Shown here one piece after another: positions 30,465-40,208 of a DNA stretch of 64,000 nt. The notes under the pieces are model-generated. The model was not told the DNA's origin and did no database searches. It saw only the letters and a list, made by a program, of their open reading frames with translations. The position numbers were made by a program, and so were the translations under genes. Position 1 is the stretch's first letter; each line of letters opens with the position of its first letter. The DNA is from an uncultured Candidatus Saccharibacteria bacterium (GTDB lineage: Bacteria; Patescibacteriota; UBA1384; XYA2-FULL-43-10; 1-14-0-10-43-13): NCBI GenBank assembly GCA_964364265.1, contig CAYILA010000005.1, positions 6,418 to 70,417 of the forward strand. Reading direction: 5' to 3'.

Positions 30465-31702
30465 CTAATTGATTGTTTTCTTCTTTTAATTAACTGCCAG
30501 ATTTGCAGACCCAATAGTATCAAAAGCAAAGATCCAAGTATAATCGCAATCGTTTTGTAATTTATTGATTTGGTATTGGAGACGACGGTTTTGGCCACGG
30601 ACTCCCGGGAATCCTTGTCTGTTAAGATATGAATCGCTCCGCCGTTGAATTGCGAAATCTCAAAAGTTGTGGTATCGGAAACCGGAGTTAAAACCTTTAG
30701 AAGTTGTCCTTGGATGGAGAGCGTGTATCGGCCGGCAGGGATCGGGAAGTCGATATTGAACTCAAAATTCCCCGAAGAATCGGCGAGAGCCGTCAGCGTC
30801 TTGCCTTCAGGCAAAGTTATTGTCGGTTTCAAAGTTAAATTTGCGGTGTAGCCGGCTTCGGTCTGGCCTGAAATCTTGATGCCGACAACCGTGCCGTCGG
30901 TGATATTATTTTCAAAAGCAGAGGATTTTTTGATTTGAATATCGGAGGGTTTGGAGAGGGTTTCATCGACTTTGGCGTCCGGTTCTTTGATCGTAATTTT
31001 AAAGTGGGTGACTCCGCCCCAACCGTCTCCATTTTGAGCTTTGATGTGGAAATAATAGACGCCGACCGCTTGATTTGGGTAACTTGCCGTGGTGTCGGTA
31101 GAGGTTACTTTGCTTCCGGGATCAGTAGTTGGGTTATGATCGAAAGCGTGGGCAAAACCGGTCACGCCGCTCTCCTTGTTCCAGCTCAAGGCGACGGTCG
31201 TGGCTTCATACGGAGTGTTTTGGTCGGGGTGAGTGGAGGAGGTGACAGTTGGAGATCCAGGCAGGGAAAGGGCGCGGTTGATTGTAAAACTGCTTCCGCC
31301 GGCCCCGGTTGCAACGACAACACCGGCATTTTGAAGGGCAACTCCGGAAACATTAACAGCTCCGCTCCCGACCCCGGTTGCTTTAAGTTTGATCGTTGCT
31401 ACGGTGAAAGAGGTCTTTTTCTCACCAAGAAAGGCGCCAGTGAAAGTGGCCCCGTTAGCGGGCGCCACAATCCAGGTGGCGCTTCCGGCTGAAAATGAGG
31501 TGATCGAAACATTGCCTGAAACCGAAATGTATCCTTTGACCGTATCAAAAGTAGCGCCGCTTGCCACTACCGAGATAGTTACAGATTGTCCGACAGTAAT
31601 CGTTTTGCCGCCGGAGGCGTAGATTCCACCAGCCGCAAGAGCACGGGGGATATTCAGCACCAATAGTGTTAATAAGATTATTACTGTAAAAAATCTTTTC
31701 AT
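30461..31702 (-). CDS. Surface protein: signal peptide, cohesin-like domain, Ig/Fn3-like domains, C-terminal TM anchor
   Basis: VGQSVTISV...VATIKLKATGVGSG beta-rich pattern; SSTHPDQ...YYFHIKA; C-terminal hydrophobic helix plus KRRK; AAGGAG before ATG at 31702. Confidence 0.65.
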   Translation of the reverse strand: MKRFFTVIILLTLLVLNIPRALAAGGIYASGGKTITVGQSVTISVVASGATFDTVKGYISVSGNVSITSFSAGSATWIVAPANGATFTGAFLGEKKTSFTVATIKLKATGVGSGAVNVSGVALQNAGVVVATGAGGSSFTINRALSLPGSPTVTSSTHPDQNTPYEATTVALSWNKESGVTGFAHAFDHNPTTDPGSKVTSTDTTASYPNQAVGVYYFHIKAQNGDGWGGVTHFKITIKEPDAKVDETLSKPSDIQIKKSSAFENNITDGTVVGIKISGQTEAGYTANLTLKPTITLPEGKTLTALADSSGNFEFNIDFPIPAGRYTLSIQGQLLKVLTPVSDTTTFEISQFNGGAIHILTDKDSRESVAKTVVSNTKSINYKTIAIILGSLLLILLGLQIWQLIKRRKQSIR

Positions 31703-31711
31703 TCCACTCCT

Positions 31712-31794
31712 TAACAATTAATTGTTCGATTGTCCAATTGTTCGATTGTTGGGAAGCGGCAACAATTGAGCAATGAAACAATTGAGCAATTGAG
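31712..31794. repeat. Inverted 8-mer tandem array (ATTGTTCG-like / ACAATTGA-like)
   Basis: aattgttcgattgtccaattgttcgattgtt ... aacaattgagcaatgaaacaattgagcaatt. Confidence 0.8.
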
Positions 31795-32796
31795 TTATTT
31801 GCCCCACATGTCGGCTAGAATCGAAAGATCGGTGCTATCAACATAACCGTCCCCGTTAAAATCAGCTCCGGTGTTGGCGGTTATATTTTTGTTCCATTGA
31901 TCTGCTAAAACTGAAAGATCGGTGCTATCAATAATGACATCGCTGTTAACATCGCCGGCCTTTCTGGGTGGAGGAGGCGCCGGCGCGGCCGGAGCGACAT
32001 AAATCATCGGATAAGGAGTGCTGATATAAGCTGGAATAGTATAATTTGCCAACCAACCGCCTCTGCCAACTAAGAAAGTATTAATTTCATCAGCCGTCAT
32101 CGGCGAATTATTCAAAAAGTTCGCGTCCGATATTATATTATTTTGGGCGTACTCCCCGCCGTTAGGGGTTGCGCCCCACCAGCTGACCCAGTTTGTATAG
32201 AAAGCTGAATTTGTATCATAGGAAACCAGGTGGGGAGTGTAGGCATACAGAACACGGGTGGCGATGTTGGCGCAGGTAATTATTTGGCCGTCGACAGTAA
32301 TCGGGTCGGCATAAGTGGTGGCGTAGGTTTTGTATAAAATTTGAAAATTGTAGCTTGAATAGGCGATTTGCTGGCCGACACCGCCGAAATTGTAGGAGCG
32401 GAAATAGTAGTTGCTCTCACCGTATCTTGTATCATTACACATAGATTCATCACCGTTCAAACAACCGGCCATTCGCTCATCATACATATAAAACATCGGC
32501 CAGGCGGCAGTAGTTTGGCTCGATGGAGTTGCGCTGGTAACAGCCGAGCTTTCGCGTTGCAGGATTGTTAAAATTAATCTAGGGTTAATATTATGGCCGG
32601 GGGAAGCTTGAGCCGATTCTTCGGCTATCAGGGTTGCTACCGTTTTATTATAAAAAATAGTACTGCCGTTTAGTGCCTGCCAGGCGTCAACATAACCCAA
32701 GACAACTGCGGCCGAGACCCTCAAAGGACCAGAAAAGATCAATCCCAGAAGCATTGTGCTAAAAACGATCGATTGAATTATTCCGGTCTTTTTCAT
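31795..32796 (-). CDS. Secreted protein with a putative lysozyme-like domain and C-terminal dockerin
   Basis: Signal peptide; INPRLILTILQRES...LYAYTPH; Pro linker; duplicated GDVNSDVIIDSTDL / ADFNGDGYVDSTDL Ca-binding repeats. Confidence 0.72.
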   Translation of the reverse strand: MKKTGIIQSIVFSTMLLGLIFSGPLRVSAAVVLGYVDAWQALNGSTIFYNKTVATLIAEESAQASPGHNINPRLILTILQRESSAVTSATPSSQTTAAWPMFYMYDERMAGCLNGDESMCNDTRYGESNYYFRSYNFGGVGQQIAYSSYNFQILYKTYATTYADPITVDGQIITCANIATRVLYAYTPHLVSYDTNSAFYTNWVSWWGATPNGGEYAQNNIISDANFLNNSPMTADEINTFLVGRGGWLANYTIPAYISTPYPMIYVAPAAPAPPPPRKAGDVNSDVIIDSTDLSVLADQWNKNITANTGADFNGDGYVDSTDLSILADMWGK

Positions 32797-33236
32797 TACT
32801 CCCTTCCTCCGGAGGCGTCATTATTGTTGAAAGTATTCTTTTCTAATACGTCCAACTTGCTCTTTAATAGCTCATTTTCAGGATCGACTTTCAGTCCTTC
32901 GTTCACGGTAGCGATTGCGGCCGTTTTGTCACCGCTCAAATATTCGGCCTCGGCTTTCATGGAATAATAATCGGTGGTGTAAGGGTCTTCGGCGATAGCG
33001 TTGTTCATAGTACTGATAGCGTCATCGTAATTCTTGTTGGCGATATCACTGGCTGAATCGGCGATAGGGTCGTTCCGGGAAATTTCAGTGAAACTTTTTT
33101 CTTTCTTGAGCGCGGAAATATATTTATTAAATATAAAATACTCAACACCAATACATGCTAATATAACCACCAACAGAACAAGAACCTTCCTGTTCTTAAA
33201 ATGTAAGGCACTCCGCACAAAAAACTGTCCGGGCAT
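32796..33236 (-). CDS. Membrane-anchored TPR protein
   Basis: N-terminal TM; YDDAI...AIAEDP, AIATVNEGLKVDPEN. Confidence 0.75.
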   Translation of the reverse strand: MPGQFFVRSALHFKNRKVLVLLVVILACIGVEYFIFNKYISALKKEKSFTEISRNDPIADSASDIANKNYDDAISTMNNAIAEDPYTTDYYSMKAEAEYLSGDKTAAIATVNEGLKVDPENELLKSKLDVLEKNTFNNNDASGGRE

Positions 33237-33310
33237 ATGTTCCTCTCCTAGATTAACCCTATTGTATCACAAAAAAACCATTATTTAACTTAACTAGTTC
33301 AAAATACATT

Positions 33311-34621
33311 CTAGCCGCTCTTTTTAGGATACAATTTTTTCAGAAGGCCGTAGTAGTAAAACTTTGAAGAGTAGGAATGAAATTGGCCCTTCTTAATTTT
33401 TATAATTGGGATTTTGTCCTCTTCAATCAAGAGAGCCAATTTGGTCAGTAAATTATCCCAGATGAATTCTGATTTGACTGCGGCGATATTCTTCCTAAAC
33501 TTTTCTGATAATTTTTTATCGTTAGCCAGTTTTAAGATAGCGGCTTCGATTTCATCTGGTTTTTCATAATCAACCACAATTCCAAGTTGGTTTTCCTCTA
33601 CAAATTCAGCCAGGCAGTCGCCTTTGGTTAAAATCATCGGTTTTTCGGCCCACAAATAGTCCAAAATCCTGGTTCGGAAGGAAAAGAAGGTTTCAATGTT
33701 GTCGAAATGGGTTGAGACACAAGCATCGGTGCGACAGAGGAAGCCGACTCTTTTTTGGTAGGGTGTCCAATCAAAATTGAAAAATACCGACTCATCAAGG
33801 AGATTTTTATCCTTAGTATATTCCAATGATTTGGCCGCCATCTCCATTTCTTTTACTTTTGGATTGGGGTGACGCATTCCCAGAAAGAAAAGCTTAATAT
33901 CGTTCCTTCGTTTTGCGATTTTCTCAACCGATTTGATAACAGAGAGGGGATCAAACCAATTCCAAACTCCGCCGCCCCAATAGAGGACAAAATCACTCTT
34001 TTTGATCTGGGGAAATCTCTCTTCCATTATCCGGATATTACTCGGCTTGGGATTTTCTTTTGGAAAACCGAAGGGAAGAAGGGAAATTGTACTGTCAAGA
34101 TCAAGACCGTTCTGCCAGGACAGCTTCTTAATTCCATATTGTGCCATCAGATCAAGATAAAGCTCGCGTTGTCGTTCCGAGGCGCAGAGTATATGGTCGG
34201 AAGCCGAGAGTTGAAGAAGAAGGAGATAAAATTGAAAATTATAGACGATATTTCGATAGGCCGGCCGGTCGTATTTCAAGTACTCCATCACCTCGATAAT
34301 CAGAGGGTCATAGAGATCGGCGATAAATTTAATTCCGGCTCGTTTGACTTTCCAGAGTAGAAACGGGCGGAGCGATTGGGCGACGACATAATCGCAGCCG
34401 CTCAAATTCGGAAAAATAGTACTGGTCGACTTGGAGGAATCATAAGTCCTGAAATTGATTTCCGGATGATTGCCAGCCAAGTCGGATGATTCAGGGACAA
34501 GAAGTATGACATCGTAATTCCTTGAGAGGACCTTCGCCATCTCGAAATAACGGATTCCCGGTCCGGCCATGCTTTTACCGACTTTGTCGTTGCAGATGAG
34601 AGCTATCCTTTTTTTCGGCAT
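33311..34621 (-). CDS. Glycosyltransferase family 4-like
   Basis: MAGPGIRYFE, WGGGVWNWFDP, FSFRTRILDYLW. Confidence 0.85.
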   Translation of the reverse strand: MPKKRIALICNDKVGKSMAGPGIRYFEMAKVLSRNYDVILLVPESSDLAGNHPEINFRTYDSSKSTSTIFPNLSGCDYVVAQSLRPFLLWKVKRAGIKFIADLYDPLIIEVMEYLKYDRPAYRNIVYNFQFYLLLLQLSASDHILCASERQRELYLDLMAQYGIKKLSWQNGLDLDSTISLLPFGFPKENPKPSNIRIMEERFPQIKKSDFVLYWGGGVWNWFDPLSVIKSVEKIAKRRNDIKLFFLGMRHPNPKVKEMEMAAKSLEYTKDKNLLDESVFFNFDWTPYQKRVGFLCRTDACVSTHFDNIETFFSFRTRILDYLWAEKPMILTKGDCLAEFVEENQLGIVVDYEKPDEIEAAILKLANDKKLSEKFRKNIAAVKSEFIWDNLLTKLALLIEEDKIPIIKIKKGQFHSYSSKFYYYGLLKKLYPKKSG

Positions 34622-36039
34622 TAGTTGCTCCTTAGGACTTCTTTCAAAGTCGAGATTTTGATAATACCAAAAACGGCAAACAGCAAGGCTTGTATCAGTA
34701 AAGAGAGTAAGATTAGGATGATGAAATTTATCTCGAGTGATTTGAGCGCTATCCCGATGAAGTAGGCGGCGCCGCTGGAGAGAAGGATCAGGAAGACTTT
34801 TCCGAAATCAATTTTATAAGGAATGATTTTCTTAGTGAAATGCAGATTGATGATCAGCAGCAAGAGTTCCGAGAGCAAGGTCACTGTTGCTGCGCCCATG
34901 AATGAATACCGCGGGATCAGTATCAGGTTTAAAATCAGATTGAAGGAGAGTATGAAGGCAGCGACTTTCATCAGGAGGCGCCGTTCATCATTCGCAACTA
35001 AAATTTCACCTAAGAGAGTATCTAGGTAAATCAATGGCAGAGTCGAACCTAACAAGATTAAAGCCGGCGCGCCGGCGGTAAAGCTTTCGTTACTTAAAAA
35101 ATTTATGATCTCACGCGGGAAAAGGGCGCTGATCAATGAGACTGGAACCGAGAGTATCAGCATTATCAGAAAAGATTTCGAAATGAGGTTGGCCATAAAC
35201 TCTTTGTTGCCGATATTGCGGGAGATGACCGGTTTTAAGGAACTGGCGAAATAAGACCCGATGAAGACGGAGACTTCCAGTACCTTGTAAGCGACTGTGT
35301 AGATACCAACTTCGACTGCGCCCTTGACGATGAAGAGGATTAGGGTGTCAATCTTGAAGTAGAGGTTGTTTAAGATGAAGACGATACCCATCGGCCAGGC
35401 CATGTTGAATACCCATTTGGAAACTTTTGCGTTATAGGCCGGAGAGAATTTGATGAACTTCCCTGAAAAGTACCACTTGATTAAGAAAATGACGACTGCA
35501 TAGAGAGGGATTGTTGCGACGATCAGCAGGAAATCACCCGACAACCTGATTATGACAAACAAAGCGGCAATGGAAACCAGTTTGCTAATAAATTCAGCTA
35601 GAGCGGAGAATTGCATCTTGAGCCGGGTCTGCAGGACCATATCGTAAACCGATGACATCAGGTTGAAAAGGACATAAACCGATGCGACCAGCGTACCCAG
35701 CTTAATATGGGGGTCGTAATCGGTAAAATAGACTATTAAGACCGAGCTGACCGCTGCGATCAAAGCGGTGATGAAACGAAGATAGAAAACATTTGAGATT
35801 ATTCTTTTTTCGTCTTGGGGATTTTTCGCAATTTCGCGGACAGTTACCGAGAATAGGCCCAGGTCGGCTATGACGATGAAGAAATTTATATAAGTCGTGA
35901 TGGTGTTGTACTCGCCGGTACCGGCCGGTCCTAGAAAGTTTGTGATCAGTTTGACCGAAACCAAAGTAAAAATGAGCGTTACAAAACGCACTAAAACTTG
36001 GGAAACAGTATTTAAAAAAATGTCTCTCTTTTCGCTCAT
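34621..36039 (-). CDS. wzx: Wzx-type polysaccharide flippase
   Basis: About 14 TMs, ADLGLFSVTVREIA, YFKIDTL, VGIYTVAY. Confidence 0.88.
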   Translation of the reverse strand: MSEKRDIFLNTVSQVLVRFVTLIFTLVSVKLITNFLGPAGTGEYNTITTYINFFIVIADLGLFSVTVREIAKNPQDEKRIISNVFYLRFITALIAAVSSVLIVYFTDYDPHIKLGTLVASVYVLFNLMSSVYDMVLQTRLKMQFSALAEFISKLVSIAALFVIIRLSGDFLLIVATIPLYAVVIFLIKWYFSGKFIKFSPAYNAKVSKWVFNMAWPMGIVFILNNLYFKIDTLILFIVKGAVEVGIYTVAYKVLEVSVFIGSYFASSLKPVISRNIGNKEFMANLISKSFLIMLILSVPVSLISALFPREIINFLSNESFTAGAPALILLGSTLPLIYLDTLLGEILVANDERRLLMKVAAFILSFNLILNLILIPRYSFMGAATVTLLSELLLLIINLHFTKKIIPYKIDFGKVFLILLSSGAAYFIGIALKSLEINFIILILLSLLIQALLFAVFGIIKISTLKEVLRSN

Positions 36040-36095
36040 TTTAACCTATCAATTTTGATGTTATTGTACCTGAAAAATACCTATTCGCCAAGCGC

Positions 36096-36124
36096 TTGGA
36101 ATAAGTTGCAAGAAAGAATATAAT
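36096..36124 (+). promoter_or_regulatory. Sigma70-type promoter
   Basis: TTGGAA-17-TATAAT upstream of the 36141 operon. Confidence 0.55.
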
Positions 36125-36140
36125 AAGGAGCGAATATTAA

Positions 36141-37442
36141 TTGTACCGGGATTTTATGTTGGGGAAAATCGCACTAATCAAAGAAACTTACCTTCTGTAT
36201 TTAATCATAGCGTTGTTTTTCTTGTTGCCATATGAGCGGATTCCCAGCTATGAATTGGCAGGGTATACTATTAAACTTAGTTATATTGTTGCCCTTATTT
36301 TAATTCTTGTTTCTTTGCCGCGCTTTATTTCCGTATTTTCTAAATTGAAACTTGGTACTAGCGACAAGGCGCTATTATCCTTTTGGCTGGCGGGCTTGTT
36401 TTCGATACAATTTTCCCCGGATCCCGGAAAATCATTTGTGGTTCTTGCCCTATGGCTTTTTATGATTATTTTGTATCTCTTGATTTCGCGGTATTTGAGC
36501 GACAGGATAGTCAGGGAAAAAGCGATTACCGCTCTTCTGATTACAACAGCTATCGTGATTGTCTTCGGTCTCTATCAATTTATCGGCGATTCTTTGGGTC
36601 TTCCTCAAAATCTTACCGGTCTTCGAAATGAATACCTAAAAACAATTTTTGGTTTTCCCAGAATCCAATCTGTTAATCTTGAACCTCTTTATTTCGGTAA
36701 CTTTCTGTTTGTTCCGTTTTTTTTGGCCGCTTCCCGCTATGTCGAACAGAAGAAACCTATTGGGGCTTATTGGTGGCTGTTGGTCGGTATATTAATAAAT
36801 GTTATCCTGGGAATTTCTCGCGGTGTCTATCTGGCCCTAGCCGTTTCCTTGGTCGCGTATCTTGTCATTTTGATACGAAGATTCAAGGCCGGACGCCAGG
36901 TGACTGGAATTATACTAGCTGTCGTGGCCGCTGTTGCAATCTCACTTTCTTTGATTGCTGGTTTGGATGGCAAAGCGGCTCTCCGCAACTTTCTTGGACA
37001 CGCCCAAGTCAATGATGTTAGTACTGGCGAGTCGATTCCTTCCCGGGTCAACAACTACGAGATTGCCGGTCAGTTAATCGTTTTAAAACCTATCTTTGGT
37101 CACGGACCGGGTTCATATGCCGTCAAAGCGCCGCAAATTTCAAATTTTCCCTGGCTTAGCAAAATAGTAAACAACGAATATTTTGAATTAATAGTTGAGA
37201 CCGGATTTATCGGCCTCTTCCTCTTTCTGCTTTTTATACTCACCGCTTTCAATGAGGTCGCCACAAGATACCGGATAACAAAAAACCAAGAAAATAAGGG
37301 TACAATCCTGGCCTTGATTTGTGGAGCGGCAGCTATACTGATTCAATATAATTTCTTTTCCACTCTCTACATTATTTATATTTGGGTTTTTTGGGCTTTA
37401 ATGAAATCATTTGCCGTGACCGGAGAATCGCTCGATGAATAG
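36141..37442 (+). CDS. O-antigen ligase/Wzy_C family membrane protein
   Basis: RIQSVNLEPLYFG, ISRG, PIFGHGPGSY, NNEYFELIVETG. Confidence 0.8.
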   Translation: MYRDFMLGKIALIKETYLLYLIIALFFLLPYERIPSYELAGYTIKLSYIVALILILVSLPRFISVFSKLKLGTSDKALLSFWLAGLFSIQFSPDPGKSFVVLALWLFMIILYLLISRYLSDRIVREKAITALLITTAIVIVFGLYQFIGDSLGLPQNLTGLRNEYLKTIFGFPRIQSVNLEPLYFGNFLFVPFFLAASRYVEQKKPIGAYWWLLVGILINVILGISRGVYLALAVSLVAYLVILIRRFKAGRQVTGIILAVVAAVAISLSLIAGLDGKAALRNFLGHAQVNDVSTGESIPSRVNNYEIAGQLIVLKPIFGHGPGSYAVKAPQISNFPWLSKIVNNEYFELIVETGFIGLFLFLLFILTAFNEVATRYRITKNQENKGTILALICGAAAILIQYNFFSTLYIIYIWVFWALMKSFAVTGESLDE

Positions 37443-38940
37443 ATTAAACAAATATCTCCCAGCAGTTTTTGTGATAGGGATTACTCTTGTTTTTCTATTT
37501 TTAAATCTTATCTGGCAAGAAATGGACGCCCGGCCTCCTCATTGGGATATGGGACGACATCTTTACACTAGTTTGAGATATAGGGAATTGTTAACCGGTC
37601 TTCATCTCAAGACCTTTCTGCTAGGTTATTTTTACTATCCACCGTTATATTACTGGGTTTCCATACCAGTGTTTGGGATTTTTGGATTTTCACTTTCTTC
37701 GGCCGTATTTACAAATCTGTTTTTCATGCTGATTTTATCCCTCTCGACTTTTTTTGCAACGAAGAAGCTGTTTAATCAAAATTGGGGGATGTTAGCTTCG
37801 ATTATGATCCTGACCTTGCCCATGCTCTCCGGTCAGTTCAAAGAGTTTCAATTGGACGCCCCCTTGTCGGCCATAGCCGCCTTGGTTCTGGCTCTCACAA
37901 TCTACAATCCTAATTTCTCGAATCGGAAACTCTCAATTTGGCTCGGCCTGTCGGTTGGTTTCGGGATGTTGCTCAAATGGACATTCATCGCTTTTTCCGG
38001 TCCGCTTTTGATTTATCAGATAGTTATTACTATAAAGAATAAATCAAGAAATTGGTCTAATCTACTTTTATCAATCATCACTACCGCAATCATCTCGGCG
38101 CCATGGTATCTCCACAATTTCAGGCAACTCGGACATGATATTAAAATGGGTGGAATTGGTTCAGCCGTAGCTGAAGGCGATCCGACCGGTTTTGCTTGGA
38201 TGGCATTTACTTGGTATTTTAAGACCTTTTTCGAACTTCATCTTTGGTTTTTGGGAACGGCATTGGCTGCCATTTCGATAATTTTTGTACTCTACAAAAA
38301 AGATTTGAGAAGCAGATTATCACCCTACCTGATATCCGGCGCTTTCGGCTATCTGGCTTTCTTTGTTTTCGCCAATAAAGATGCGCGTTACATTATGCCG
38401 ATTCTGCCGGCTATCGTTATGATTGAAATCGGTTTCCTAAGTTCACTATCCTATTCTTGGCGAAAATTGTTGATACCGTTGATAATAATTTTTAGTTTAT
38501 TTACTTTTTCTGAAACTTCTTTCGGTTGGCCCGTTAATAAATCGGTTGGCTTCAATATCGAAAACTATCATACCAATTTATTTACCGCCGGCAGCTACAC
38601 CGTTTCACCTCCCGATCCGGCCCCATGGTTTTACGACGATATCGTAGCAAAAGCGAAATCGGATGGCGGAGAGGGCAAGTCGATACAGTTCTTAGGGTCC
38701 GATACGATGAACTTCAACCGTTGGGATGTGGCTTATCTTGCCCAAGCCAACGGTCTTATTTGGCCGGGGGAGAATCTGGAACAGATTGATTATGATTACC
38801 TCGTCTATCGTCAAAGTGGTGCGGCAAAATTAGCCGACGAGGTTAGCAAATTGCAACAGTCGGGCTATAATAGTGAAGTAATAGGGAATTGGAGTTTGCC
38901 TGATAAATCAGACGTGTTTCTATTGAAAATAAAAAAATGA
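37435..38940 (+). CDS. GT-C glycosyltransferase (ArnT/PMT-like)
   Basis: PPHWD, YYPPLYY, LDAPL, LLKW, PWY, DARYIMP. Confidence 0.8.
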   Translation: MNRLNKYLPAVFVIGITLVFLFLNLIWQEMDARPPHWDMGRHLYTSLRYRELLTGLHLKTFLLGYFYYPPLYYWVSIPVFGIFGFSLSSAVFTNLFFMLILSLSTFFATKKLFNQNWGMLASIMILTLPMLSGQFKEFQLDAPLSAIAALVLALTIYNPNFSNRKLSIWLGLSVGFGMLLKWTFIAFSGPLLIYQIVITIKNKSRNWSNLLLSIITTAIISAPWYLHNFRQLGHDIKMGGIGSAVAEGDPTGFAWMAFTWYFKTFFELHLWFLGTALAAISIIFVLYKKDLRSRLSPYLISGAFGYLAFFVFANKDARYIMPILPAIVMIEIGFLSSLSYSWRKLLIPLIIIFSLFTFSETSFGWPVNKSVGFNIENYHTNLFTAGSYTVSPPDPAPWFYDDIVAKAKSDGGEGKSIQFLGSDTMNFNRWDVAYLAQANGLIWPGENLEQIDYDYLVYRQSGAAKLADEVSKLQQSGYNSEVIGNWSLPDKSDVFLLKIKK

Positions 38941-40208
38941 TCAATAAAATCGAAAAAATCTGCGTGCTCATCACCGTCTTCCTGATCCCTTTTTATATAT
39001 TCCGTTTTAATTTCCTTGGAATTCCGTCAAATATTTTTGAGCTCATGGTGGCTGTCTCTGTGGCAATTACTGCCTACAATAAATTCACAAAAACATATAA
39101 TCTGGATTTCAGTTTCCGGTGGGGCAGAATCTGGCCATACCTTTTTATCCTTACCGCTTTGTTTGGGGTCCTAATCGCAGACGACAAAGCAACCGCACTC
39201 GGAATATTGAAGGGCTGGTTCATAATTCCCGTTGCTCTCTATTGGCTGATTCTGAACAATTTTAAGTCAAAAGAGTTGCCTCAGATCTCATTATCATTAT
39301 TCTTATCCGTCATAATCATTTCGGTTTGGGCGATCTTGCAGCGGTCCGGCCTGATAACAACCCTCTTCTACCAAGCGAACGATGCCAATTTCAATCAATA
39401 CCTAGCTCCGACCAATTTCCGTGTTTTCGGACCTTTCGAGTCGCCGAATTATTTGGCGATGTTCTTGGCTCCGGCGCTTACGCTCTCCCTGCCTTCTTTG
39501 CTCCTATTGCGCAAAACGGTGGGCAAGATATTCCTGGTCTTGCTATTCATCCTGCCGCTCTTGGCGATTTATTTTTCGGCTTCGCGGGGAGGGTTGATCG
39601 CCCTGGCCGTAGTTTTGGTCGTAGCATTGTTGCTCTTCTCCGTGAAAAGTTATCTCGGACGGGTTGGCAGGATAGAAGCGAAGCTTATCTTGGGTTTGAG
39701 TTATTCCGTGAAGGCATTACTCACTTTAGGATTTGTCGGGGTTCTTGCAAAGATAATGATGGGTTCTCCCTTCAGCCGTCCCGTATTGGGGACGGATCAA
39801 TCAAGGACGGAGATTTACAAGCAGTCCCTCTTGATGTTGAAAGAGAATTATCTGACAGGTATCGGATTGGGCGGATTCAGGGACAAGATCGAAGTTGCCA
39901 CAGAGAACATGGTTTCATTCCGACAGTTCCTGCTTCCTTACGCGCTCCACCCGCATAATCTCTATTTAGCACTTTGGCTGAATTTGGGTTTGGCCGGAAT
40001 CATCATATTCACCATAATTCTGTACCGTTTTGCGAAGGATGTCCGGAAAATTTCCGGATTGATGCGGTTAGGGTTGATTCTTGCGATGCTTGCGATTTTG
40101 ACTCATGGGATCGTCGATACCACATATTTCAAAAATGATTTGTCGGCGATCTTCTTTCTGACGATCGCCTTATCGCAGGTAGCGGGGAGGGAGAATGAAA
40201 AGGCCTAA
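38937..40208 (+). CDS. O-antigen ligase/Wzy_C family membrane protein
   Basis: GPFESPNYLA, SASRGG, GIGLGGF, HPHNLYL. Confidence 0.85.
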   Translation: MINKIEKICVLITVFLIPFYIFRFNFLGIPSNIFELMVAVSVAITAYNKFTKTYNLDFSFRWGRIWPYLFILTALFGVLIADDKATALGILKGWFIIPVALYWLILNNFKSKELPQISLSLFLSVIIISVWAILQRSGLITTLFYQANDANFNQYLAPTNFRVFGPFESPNYLAMFLAPALTLSLPSLLLLRKTVGKIFLVLLFILPLLAIYFSASRGGLIALAVVLVVALLLFSVKSYLGRVGRIEAKLILGLSYSVKALLTLGFVGVLAKIMMGSPFSRPVLGTDQSRTEIYKQSLLMLKENYLTGIGLGGFRDKIEVATENMVSFRQFLLPYALHPHNLYLALWLNLGLAGIIIFTIILYRFAKDVRKISGLMRLGLILAMLAILTHGIVDTTYFKNDLSAIFFLTIALSQVAGRENEKA

